A stretch of 64,000 bases of DNA. Origin: Macrostomum lignano (lineage: Eukaryota). Numbering within the stretch: the first letter of the stretch is position 1; every line of letters begins with the position of its first letter. The notes under the pieces were generated by a model, which ran no database searches, had not been told where the DNA came from, and saw only the letters and a list, made by a program, of their open reading frames with translations. The stretch covers positions 62,001 to 126,000 of the forward strand of contig NIVC01001500.1 of assembly GCA_002269645.1 (NCBI GenBank), in the 5' to 3' direction. The position numbers were made by a program, and so were the translations under genes. Positions 52,593 through 64,000 of the stretch are shown here, piece after piece.

Positions 52593-55500
52593 TCAGGACC
52601 AGAGCCGGAACAGGGCCTTCCTGGCGGCCAGGCGCTGAGTCACAAAGGACCCGATGATCATGCCAATAGTGACAGCGGCAATAAAAGCATAATCAAAATC
52701 TGCTTTCAACACGTCGAACATTTTCGACGGTTGCACCCGAGTGCAGAACAGGTCCGTGCCGTGCACAAACAGCAGGCTGGTGGACTCCAGGCCTGTTGGC
52801 ACAGTCACCATGCCCTCAACCCGGTGCAGGCTCTGGTTGTAGTTCACTATGGCCTGGGTGGACATCGGCACCTCCGGGTGGTACGGCATTAGGCCCTCCT
52901 CCTGGAACTCCGGCGTCATGTCGAACGGACGGCGAGGGTCCAGGAATGCCTGGACGAGATGAAGGGAAGAAGAAATTAAGGATGAAAATAAGCTTTCTTA
53001 CCTCTCCCACTAGCCACCTCACTCCTTGCACCCACCTCACTCCCTGCACCAACCTCCCTCCCTGCACCCACCTCCCTCCGTGCACCCCCCTCCCTTCGTG
53101 CACCCACCTCTCTCCTTGCACCCACCTCCCTCCTTACACCCACCTCACTCCCAGTACTCACTTTCCTTCCCGCACCCTCCCTCCTTGCACCCACCTCACT
53201 CCTTACACCCACCTCACTTCCTGCACCCACCTCCCTCCCAGCACCCACCTCGCTCCCAGCACCCACATCCCTCCCAGCACCCACCTCCCTCCCAGCACCC
53301 ACCTCCCTCCCAGCACCCACCTTCCTCCCAGCACCCACCTCCCTCCCAGCACCCACCTCCCTCCCAGCACCCACCTCACTCCCAGTACTCACTTTCCTTC
53401 CCGCACCCACCTCCCTCCTTGCACCCACATCCCTCCTTGCACCCACCTCCCTCCTTGCACCCACCTCCCTCCTTACATCCACCTGACTCCCAGTACTCAC
53501 TTTCCTTCCCGCACCCTCCCTCCTTGCACCCAACTCACTCCTTGCACCCACCTCACTCCTTACACCCACCTCACTTCCTGCACCCACCTCCCTCCCAGCA
53601 CCCACCTCCCTCCCAGCACCCACCTCCCTCCCAGCACCCACCTCACTCCCAGTACTCACTTTCCTTCCCGCACCCACCTCCCTCCTTGCACCCACATCCC
53701 TCCTTGCACCCACATCCCTCCTTGCACCCACATCCCTCCTTGCACCCACCTCCCTCCCAGCACCCACCTCCCTCCCAGCACCCACCTCACTCCCAGTACT
53801 CACTTTCCTTCCCGCACCCACCTCCCTCCTTGCACCCACATCCCTCCTTGCACCCACATCCCTCCTTGCACCCACATCCCTCCTTGCACCCACCTCCCTC
53901 CTTGCACTTACTTTATTAAGCTCCATAATACCGCCAGAACGCAATGCCAATAGCACAGATTTAGCCGTGATGCCTCTCTCAGTTTGGCTAACAGCCAGAT
54001 GCTGCACAGGAGCCGGCAGGATGTAGGACTGTTTGCCAACAATAGGCTGCGTAGCGTTCATACAATCGCGCAAGCCGTTACCAGCGAACAGCTCCCAGAC
54101 GGACAGTTGAAACCGGCGCTGCTTCTGATTCCATAGCGAGTACACAAGCCAGTGCTCGCTGTGTACAAGGCTTACAGGTCCTGAGCTGTGATGGTGAGTC
54201 GCCGAGGCCACAACGCGGCCAGAAACGGTGTCTATCAGCCAGATGGTGATCTGCCCGAATGGGATGAGTTGGTTGTCACGTAATTAATGAAATTGCCTAC
54301 TCAATGACCCTCCTGTCAACTACATGACCCTCCTATCTGCCACATGACCCTCCTATCTACCACATGACCCTCCTATCTACCACATAACCCTCCTATCTAC
54401 CATATGACCCTCCTACCCACCACATGACCCTCCTTTTTACCACATGACCCTCGTATCTACCACATGACCTTCTATCTGTCACATGACCTTCATATCTACC
54501 ACATGACCCTCCTATCCACCACGTGACTCTCCTATCTACCACATAACCCTCCTATCTGCCACATGACCCTCCTATCTACCACATGACCCTCCTGTTTACC
54601 ACATGACCCTCCTATCTACCACATGACCCTCCTGTTTACCACATGACCCTCCTATCTACCACATGACCTTCTATCTATCACATGACCTTCATATCTACCA
54701 CGACCCTTATGTCTCCCACACATCCTCTCGGCAACGCTGAAGCCAAACAAAGACTACCTGAGTGAAAGCGTCTCCGATCTGTGGCGCCGGAGTCACCATA
54801 TCCTTAGCCAGAGTGGCAACGGCCAGCAAATTCGGATTCAAATATTTGTACAACACGTGACGATTGCCAAGCACGCGGCCGACTGAGTGCACCTGCTCGG
54901 TTGGTCGTCTGGCCGCCGTGACCAGAATTGGCTCGTGCAGAGCCAGCCGCCAAGTTGATATCGCTGACATCTGCTGCTGCTGCTGCTGTTCCGTCAGGCG
55001 GAGGCGATAGCCCTGTGCGATTCAATCATCAGAGATTTTGTGAACTCTGACCTACTTTCAGTAGCTCTTATGAACACAATTTGTAAGATCTAGCTAAAAT
55101 GACTTTAAATACTTAAAACTTCAAAGACAGTGGGAGATCTGACTTAATTTATCAATCAACCAATCAATCAATGACGATGAGAGACCTGACTAGATCAATC
55201 AAATAAACAATTGATTAATCATTCAATCATTCAATCGATGAATAATCAATCATTCAATTGATTAATCAATCAATCAATCAATCGATCAATCAATCAATCA
55301 ATCAATCGATCAATCAATTAATCGGTCAATCAATCAATCAATCAATCAATTAATCGATAGATTAATCAAATCAACCAATGACACTAAGAGACCCGACTCG
55401 ATCGATCAATCAATCAATGGATCAATCAATCAATCGATCAATCAATCAATTAATCGAATAATCAATCAATCAATTAATTAATCGATCAATCAATCAATCA

Positions 55501-58500
55501 ATCTATCAATCAATCAAACAAATCAATCAATGACACTGAGACCTGACTCAATCAATCAATCAATAGATCAATCAATCAATCAATCAATTAATCGATAGAT
55601 TAATCAAATCAACCAATGACACTAAGAGACCCGACTCGATCGATCAATCAATCAATCAATCAATCGATCAATCAATCAATCGATCAATCAATCAATTAAT
55701 CGAATAATCAATCAATCAATTAATTAATCGATCAATCAATCAATCAATCAATCTATCAATCAATCAAACAAATCAATCAATGACACTGAGACCTGACTCA
55801 ATCAATCAATCAATCGATCAATCAATCAATTAATCGAATAATCAATCAATCAATCAATTAATTAATCGATTTATCAATCAATCAATTAATCTATCAATCA
55901 ATCAAACAAATCAACCAATCAATCAAATCAACCAATGACACTGAGACCCGACTCAAACCAACCTGCAGCAGCCGGTTATCCCTATCGATTGTGTACAGAT
56001 TCAGCGATTTGAATCCGTGCGGCAAAGCAGTCTTAGCCGGATAAAGGGTCACTTGAAGAGTGTCAGACAGCAGCATCAGTGGTCGAATGTACTGGCCATC
56101 GTCGTGACTGGGCTGAGGCACTAGCAGAGCCTGAAGCAGACGCGATTGCAGGCGCTGAGCAAGTCCGATCCCAATGCCAGTTATCGGGTTGAATGAGAAC
56201 AGCACGGGCCGGCCTGTGCTGGAGTCTCTGCACAGTACAGTGGCCATCGGTTCCAGCGGGAAATGCGCCGTAGTTCGCTGGATGTACAGCGGCATCTGGC
56301 CGCCTGCCAACGGCTCGATGCGGGCTTCTGTGGAGGTTTTAAATAGTTCGTTGACTATCCAGGGTCTGGAGGGTGGTTGGTTATCCAGGGTGTGGAGGGT
56401 GGTTGGCTATCCAGGGTCTGGAGGGTGGTTGGTTATCCAGGGTCTGGAGGGTGGTTGGCTATCCAGGGTCTGGAGGGTGGTTGGCTATCCAGGGTCTGGA
56501 GGGTGGTTGGCTATCCAGGGTCTGGAGGGTGGTTGGTTATTCAGGGTTAGGAGGGAGTGGATGATTAGCCAGGGTCTGGAGAGAGGATGATTAGCCAGGG
56601 TTTGGAGAGAGTGGATGATTATCCAGGGTTTTGAGAGTGGATGATTAGCCAGGGTTAGGAGGGAGTGGATGATTATCCAGGGTTTGGAGGGAGTGGATGA
56701 TTATCCAGGGTTTGGAGGGAGTGGATGATTATCCAGGGTTTGGAGGGAGTGGATGATTATCCAGGATTTGGAGGGAGTGGATGATTATCCAGGGTTTGAA
56801 GAGTGGTTGATCATCCAGGGTTTGGAGATGGTGGTTGATCATCCAGGGTCTGGAGATGGTGGTTGGTTATCCAGGGTCTGGAAGGTTGAATATCTATAAA
56901 TATTGAATCCTTAATTATCAGGTGAACCAACCAGTCCTGGCAGACTTTGCAGCAGTTCCTTCAGCAGCAGCGGCGGCAGCTGGCATGGGAATCATCAGTC
57001 GCCACACCGATCGACCCGTGGCAGAATCCAGGGCAGCCAATTTGCCGTCCTTGGTGGCAACGACAAGCAATTTGTGCAGATTGAATTCATCGCGGATCAG
57101 CGAGCCGGCGCCGCTGCCGGAGCTACTGGCAGCGGAGGCTGGAGGGGCTGGCGCCTCATCGGGGTAGCCGAATTCGCCAAGAGAGTCAGCCTGACTGGCG
57201 GGCCTAGCGCCCCAACACAACATGAGATGCTGCAGCACGTGAATAAAATGATGCACTTGGCCACTTAAGCGCTGGGCAAAACTGGAGAAGACACTGCCGC
57301 CAGGGGTCACCAGTTCGTCCTTTAGGAGTCAAAATCAGTAGTTTGATATTCGTTTTAAAATCGTCTAGAGGCATTTTTCAGGATAGTCTAGGGGCGATTC
57401 TCAGGGATACTCTAGGGGCGATTCTCAGGATAGTCTAGGGGCGATTCTCAGGATAGTCTAGGGGCGATTCTCAGGGATACTCTAGGGGCGATTCTCAGGA
57501 TAGTCTAGGGGCGATTCTCAGCATAGTCTAGGGGCGATTCTCAGGATACTCTAGGGGCGATTCTCAAGATAGTCTAGGGCGATTTTCAGGATAGCCTAGG
57601 GGCGATTCTCAGCATAGTCTCGGGCGATTCTCAGGATAGTCTAGGGGCGATTCTATGGATAGTCTCGGGGCGATTCTAAAAATCGTCTAAGGGCGATTCT
57701 CAGGATAGTCTAGGGGCGATTCTCAGAATAGTGTAGGGGCGATTCTCAGGATAGTCTAGGGGCGATTCTCAGCATAGTCTAGGGGCGATTCTCAGGATAC
57801 TCTAGGGGCGATTCTCAGCATAGTCTAGGGGCGATTCTCAGGATAGTCTAGGGGCGATTCTCAGCATAGTCTAGGGGCGATTCGCAAGATAGTCAGCCCA
57901 CCTCATCAGCGGATGGCAGATCCACAGCTTCCACGGACACGATACCCGCCAGGGACTCCTCTCGCATCCATTGCCTTTCGCCAGTATCGTCGAAAGCGTG
58001 CAAATCGGCGTCCCTAGTTGCCATGACAACCCGATAGCCGTAGCTGCCGCCTTTGCGGACAAAAGTGACCGGATAGAGTTGAGAAACTCGGCCGTGATGA
58101 CTAGCAAAGCTCAGACTGATTTTATTTGAAGCTACTAAGCTGCTTGACGAGCTCGCTTCGAGGGTGACGCCGCCGCCACCGTCGCCCTGCTGTCTCAGCA
58201 GGAATCGAACCTGGCCCCGATAGCGCAGCAGGGAGCCGGCTGGCAGCGATTCCCCAGTCGGGCCGGTTGCTAATGACGCGTCAAGCATAGCAACAACAGC
58301 GCCGCTATTAGAAGTCAGCTGGAACAGATCCTGCCCGCCAATTTCTTCAACCGACTGCCAGGGCCCGGCGTGGCCAAGCTGCTCTGCTAGGCTGGGCGGC
58401 AACTGCGGTTGAAATAAAAAAACATGCGCTTTTCATCTACTATAGGTAGAAATGTGCGAAAAACAATTATTAATTTGTATTGGCTTTTACCGGTTTAAAA

Positions 58501-61500
58501 TCCGAGCCAGAGGATAGAGAGAGCAGCCTGATCGAGCCGGCGGGATCTAGACAGGCCAGTGTGCTCACAGAGATGGCGCACCTTGAAAATGGGGATATTT
58601 GATTGTCATTGAAAATGGGGATATTTGATTGTCAGTGAAAATGGGGATATTTGATTGTCAGTGAAAATGGGGATATTTGATTGTCATTGAAAATGGGGAT
58701 ATTTGATTGTCAGTGAAAATGGGGATATTTGATTGTCAGTGAAAATGGGGATATTTGATTGTCATTGAAAATGGGGATATTTGATTGTCAGTGAAAATGG
58801 GGATATTTGATTGTCAGTGAAAATGGGGATATTTGATTGTCAGTGAAAATGGGGATATTTGATTGTCAGTGAAAATGGGGATATTTGATTGTCATTGAAA
58901 ATGGGGATATTTGATTGTCAGTGAAAATGGGGATATTTGATTGTCAGTGAAAATGGGGATAATTGATTGTCATTGAAAATGGGGATATTTGATTGTCATT
59001 GAAAATGGGGATATTTGATTGTCAGTGAAAATAGGGATATTTGATTGTCAGTGAAAATGGAGATATTTGATTGTCAGTGAAAATGGGGATATTTGATTGT
59101 CAGTGAAAATGGGGATATTTGATTGTCATTGAAAATGGGGATATTTGATTGTCATTGAAAATGGGGATATTTGATTGTCAGTGAAAATGGGGATATTTGA
59201 TTGTCAGTGAAAATGGGGATATTTGATTGTCAGTGAAAATGGGGATATTTGATTGTCAGTGAAAATGGGGATATTTGATTGTCAGTGAAAATGGGGATAT
59301 TTGATTGTCAGTGAAAATGGGGATATTTGATTGTCAGTGAAAATGGGGATATTTGATTGTCAGTGAAAATGGGGATATTTGATTGTCAGTGAAAATGGGG
59401 ATATTTGATTGTCAGTGAAAATGGGGATAATTGATTGTCAGTGAAAATGGGGATATTTGATTGTCAGTGAAAATGGGGATATTTAATTGTCAGTGAAAAT
59501 GGGGATATTTGATTGTCAGTGAAAATGGGGATATTTAATTGTCAGTGAAAATGGGGATATTTGATTGTCAGTGAAAATGGGGACAATTGATTATCATTGA
59601 AAATGGGGATAATTGATTGTCAGTGAAAATGGGGATATTTAATTGTCATCGGAAATAGGGAGATTTGGCATGAAAATGGGGATTTTAAGATTAGTACTCA
59701 TAACAGTGAAGATTTACCGTTGCAGAGAGGTCAGCCACTCTGCCTTCACAGTGGCAGTTCTCTTAGCAACGCCGCTCTCGGTGCCAAATCGGTGCAGGCG
59801 CATTTTGCCAGCCGTCGGGTCAAAGGTCACCACGGTCAAGCCGTCCGGATTCGGGAATGACGTCACCTCGGAACTGGATGAGTGGATAGGGGGTTAGGCC
59901 ATGTACACTCTCTGTGCCTTGAGGGTTGGCATCCTCTTTAAATTACCACAGGAAAACGCTATCTATATTAGAAACCGAGTATCAATAAAACTACACGGAG
60001 ATCTTTCTCGTTCACCACTCACTGGTTTTCACCAGAGCCAGCATCTAGATTGGCCGCCCATTCCAGCGCGCCAGTTAGCGGCGCTACGGCAACCAGACGA
60101 CGCGCTGTGCTGGCGAAGACAAGGGACCGGTCGTCGTCGGGATCCTCGTGACAGGCCAGGCTGCCGCTGGTTGAGTGTGCGGGGAGAGAAGTTTTTTGAG
60201 AGCTTTAATATACTGGAGTATAACTGAATTTGGACTACCGACATAAGCAATAGCGACGAAAGTTCGGAACTCGAAATTATCGAATTTCTATTAATGCCAG
60301 CGAACATTCGTTAAGGATTATCAAATCATCACGAAGGATAAAGGAATCTTGGTGAGGGATTACCAGATCTTGCTGAGGGATTATCGGATCTTGCTGAGGG
60401 ATTACCAGATCTTGCTGAGGGATTATCGGATCTTGCTGAGGGATTATCGGATCTTGTTGAGGGGTTATCGGATCTTGTTGAGGGAATATCGGATCTTGCT
60501 GAGGGATTATCGGTTTTTGCTGAGGGATTATCGGATCTTGTTGAGGGATTATCGAATCTTTTTGAGGGATTATTGGATCTTGCTGAGGGATTATCGGATC
60601 TTGTTGAGGGATTATCGAATCTTTTTGAGGGATTATCGGATCTTGTTGAGGGATTATCGGATCTTGTTGAGGGAATATCGGATCTTGCTGAGGGATTATC
60701 GGTTTTTGCTGAGGGATTATCAGATCTTGTTGAGGGATTATCGGATCTTGCTGAGGGATTATCGGATCTTGTTGAGGGATTATCGGATCTTGCTGAGGGA
60801 TTATCGGATCTTGTTGAGGGATTATCGAATCTTTTTGAGGGATTATTGGATCTTGCTGAGGGATTATCGGATCTTGTTGAGGGATTATCGAATCTTGTTG
60901 AGGGATTATCGGATCTTGCTGAGGGATTATCGGATCTTGCTGAGGGATTATCGAATCTTTTTGAGGGATTATCGGATCTTGCTGAGGGATTATCGGTTTT
61001 TACTGAGGGATTATCGAATCTTTTTGAGGGATTATCGGATCTTGCTGAGGGATTATCGAATCTTGTTGAGGGATTATTGGATCTTGCTGAGGGATTAGTG
61101 CATATTGATAAAGGATAATCGGATACTAACGAAAATCTTATTAGAAAATGGTATTATATTTAATATATTTTTTATGTAAAAAAATGACTGACTAGAAAAA
61201 ATGGGATAATACCCATATTTTAGTAACCATAAATTTAAAAATAACTCACGCAAATTTTGCTTCCAGCTGCTCTTGAACGGAAATTTCGTAATTCAAAATT
61301 CCACGGCTAGTGCTCCAGGAGCGGAGCAGCCCGTTTGACATGGAGAACAGAGCTGCAGTAATAAATCATAAATGGGAATTGATTATTCTTTTAGGCTGAA
61401 CTGTTAAAATGGTAAGATGATATAATTCTCCTCTTGTGTGTCCCGGTTCTCTTCAGAATGTCTCTACCAGCTATCCCATTGTCCTTTGAAGTGCCTCTAC

Positions 61501-61830
61501 CAGCCATCCCACTGTCCTTTGAAGTGTCTCTACCAGCTATCCCATTGTCCTTAAAAGTGTCTCTGGCTGTTTTCCGAAGCAAAACAAGCACCGGTGCCTG
61601 TACCTCCATCGCAGAGTTTAATTCCATTAACCGGGGCATCCTCTAAGAAGTGTCGCCAGATAATCCGACTAGACTTGAGCCCAATAGCGGCCAGCACATT
61701 GTGGTCCGTGGCAACAAACAGTCGACGAGACGAGGAACCGCCCTGAAGCTGCTGACTGCGCTGTTTAGTGGTGGTACCAGCCGGCAGATCAAATTCCAGG
61801 TGCTGGACACGGCCAACAAACGGGCGAGTC
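52593..61830 (-). CDS. EMC1: ER membrane protein complex subunit 1, 5'-partial. Exons 61830-61604, 61352-61250, 60166-60023, 59873-59718, 58581-58491, 58402-57902, 57319-56932, 56327-55963, 55012-54758, 54250-53912, 52949-52593
   Basis: Motifs [118 protein letters not shown] and a C-terminal TM. All ten introns are GT-AG with matching phases. The signal-peptide exon was not located (probably upstream of 61830 or outside the window). Confidence 0.92.
53015..53905. repeat. 18-bp C-rich minisatellite (GCACCCACCTCCCTCCTT) with higher-order units, last EMC1 intron
   Basis: Tandem array. Confidence 0.93.
54305..54710. repeat. 21-bp minisatellite (ACCACATGACCCTCCTATCT)
   Basis: EMC1 intron. Confidence 0.92.
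55150..55950. repeat. (CAAT)n compound microsatellite
   Basis: EMC1 intron. Confidence 0.92.
56355..56885. repeat. About 27-bp minisatellite (TATCCAGGGTCTGGAGGGTGGTTGG)
   Basis: EMC1 intron. Confidence 0.92.
57370..57890. repeat. About 23-bp minisatellite (GATAGTCTAGGGGCGATTCTCAG)
   Basis: EMC1 intron. Confidence 0.93.
58583..59660. repeat. 26-bp minisatellite (GAAAATGGGGATATTTGATTGTCAGT)
   Basis: About 40 head-to-tail copies, no spacers; EMC1 intron. Confidence 0.96.
60345..61097. repeat. 21-bp minisatellite (GAGGGATTATCGGATCTTGCT)
   Basis: EMC1 intron. Confidence 0.95.
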
Positions 61831-64000
61831 CTGCCGATATTGTTATGTTTTTTTGTTTTAAACAATTTAAACATTTTAGTAGCCTAATCTCATATTCTCT
61901 TATGAGCCACAGCAGCTCAGCAATTCCCAAATTTTTAAATAATTAGGAATAAAATATTTAGTATTATAACAATAGCTCTATCAAATCTCTGGTAATCAAA
62001 CACATTGTTTATAGAAAAACATATCCTATTCTTTTAAGCCACTTTCTTAAATCCAATTGCAGCTTGTTCAAGTGCCAATGTGAACAGAGAATGCTAAAGG
62101 ACCATTACCAAGTCCCACCTCAAACCACAAAGTTCAAAATGCAAGTGTGGGAATGTATACTATATGCATCTAATCTGTGTTGAAAGTAGCACATGTCATG
62201 TTTGAATTTTATTATACTGTCCAATTTTCTACTGGAGAGAAAATAGTTCTTTTGATATCAAATTCAAAATTACTGGAAACTATCATGGTCATTTAGCAGA
62301 AATTCAAGCTGAAGATCCAACTGCTGAAGATCCAACTACTGCTACTAGTGTTATCTCTGGCAAAAAGTATCCAGTGAGGCATTGCAGTTTTTGTTAAGGC
62401 TACTATAGAAAATTATGTGTTAAATCCAGTTTGATAAATCTATTGCTGAGTTTGGAGCCAAAACATGCTCTTTTTGCTATTCATAGGCATTCTATAGAGA
62501 AAGAAAAAAGGATTCTTTGCACAATAACCCACTATATATCAATGAGTCTAGAAAGTTTCAATGCCAAGTATGCATACATTTTCTGGTGGCTATATTCAGA
62601 AAATTTTGGCTATATCCCTATCAACACTATAAATATACAGCAGTGATCACATAGAGCTTCTGCAAGTGCAAACCATGCTCAAGGAAGACAAGTGGGCTCT
62701 TGTTCATATTGGTGCAACAGGGGGTCTGGTTGCTCAGCCAACATTGGAGCCTGACTAGCAGTTATTGCTCTGTAGTCTTATAGTTCAAGATACAAATGTC
62801 ATTGTGACATCTGTTGCTGATGCTAAACTGGCAAAGATGAAACAGAAAACAGAAAACTCTTTCTGAGCTCATTTTTAAGGACTACTCTCACTTCTGTTGA
62901 GATAGTATCTGGAAGGTCAGGCAAGGTGCCAGAATATTTTTCTTAGACCTTAGCTGAGTGCAGATTCACTAGGTGCTTCATAGTGCTTCATACCTTTGGG
63001 TAGTAGACATTTTATTCATTGAACTAGAACAGTCAACACTTCCAATTGAGCAACATGATGTATATTTTGTTCTGTTCTTTGCATAGTTGATCTTAAAAAA
63101 AGTCATCAATGCTTGCAAGTCTTTTTAAGAATAGCCTATGATAGTTTTTAGGCATAGTCAGTAATTAGTAGAAGTTGAATTCTTAAAGACTATAATTAAT
63201 ATATGCACAATAAAATATATCATTAATCTAAGTTATTAAAATTATTAAAAACCAAATCATAGGCTATACCATGATTAATAAAAAATTGAAATAACCAGGA
63301 AACAAAAAAATTATTCTCTAACTTGATCCTCTATGGCAGCCAAATCCTGAACTATGCGGGACATCTTTCCCATTTCTCATACTAGACCATGTCAATGTGC
63401 CAGACTATGCCTACACTACTGGACTAATCCATGCCAGACATTATCTATAATAATGGCCATTGGCTATAATAGGAATATGATCTTATAGTTCTAGTTAATT
63501 TAGGCCTAGCATCAAGATGATTGATAACTATTTTGTTTGTTGCTAGTATGTTTACCACTCCTTTTTTCTACAAAAATTAGAGGTTGGACAAGTAGAAAAT
63601 TTTGGTTGGGCATGAATTTTTTTGAAATTTTTAGCATCAAGTATGATTATGATTGTGAATGTGAATTTATATTTATAGTAATACAAAATCTGAATTATAT
63701 TCCTGCCAAATTCATGCCAAAATGGACACTACTCTCAAGTTAACAAATTTAAATGTGCTAAAATTGTTTGTAAGTTACCTTGTCTGCCTGTTGTGGGTGT
63801 TTGCAATAAGAGATATTATGAGTTATATAAATTATAACACAATATCTTTTTGAAGCAAATTTACATTTAGAAATCTAATGAATTCAATGAAACAGAAAAC
63901 TATTTCTAAGAATATCATTTATTTAACATATTAGTAGCCTAACTGCCTAACTAGGGGATATACAAATATATCTTCCTACCTCAACAATTTTTTTCATGCT

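Noticed and set aside
52976-53911. Long stop-free extension of an EMC1 exon (VGARRE repeats)
   Set aside because: It is a 962-nt GT-AG intron filled by an 18-bp repeat; retention would stop before the TM-encoding last exon.
58583-59660. Regular 26-bp repeats resembling a CRISPR array (likewise 60345-61097, 46572-46998 and 1-310)
   Set aside because: Head-to-tail units with no unique spacers, no cas genes, and located in eukaryotic introns or intergenic DNA.
61831-64000. First (signal peptide) exon of EMC1
   Set aside because: No segment encoding a signal peptide plus the expected ..EDQ.G..DW with a phase-2 donor was found by eye.

Overview
Eukaryotic, intron-containing, very repeat-rich genomic DNA. 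The density of GACA/GATA/GTTA microsatellites and 18-47 bp minisatellites resembles a free-living flatworm such as Macrostomum (inference only). Five spliced genes were reconstructed by hand with phase-consistent splice sites: an NR2E-subfamily (PNR-like) nuclear receptor (+, 5 exons); an STK11/LKB1-like kinase (-, 2 exons); a 109-aa neuropeptide-type prohormone that the ORF track misses (-, 2 exons); MCTP (-, 2 exons); and EMC1 (-, 11 exons, 5' end not found). There is also a decayed M13 metallopeptidase. Mobile DNA comprises a cluster of RNase H-bearing I-group (Ingi-like) non-LTR retrotransposon pieces all embedded in one (CAA)-rich array, a LOA/R1-like LINE 3' end, a tRNA-derived SINE family, a solo LTR, a Harbinger-type MITE and a hAT-type non-autonomous element. 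The most striking observation is a 249-bp non-coding element (27544-27792) in the CAA array. Its 5' end folds by hand into a near-complete HDV-like self-cleaving ribozyme with a compensatory P1.1 base pair, and its 3' end resembles that of the neighbouring long LINE. This suggests a ribozyme-headed, microsatellite-targeting autonomous/non-autonomous retroelement pair. All structures and homologies were assessed by eye; none were computed or searched.
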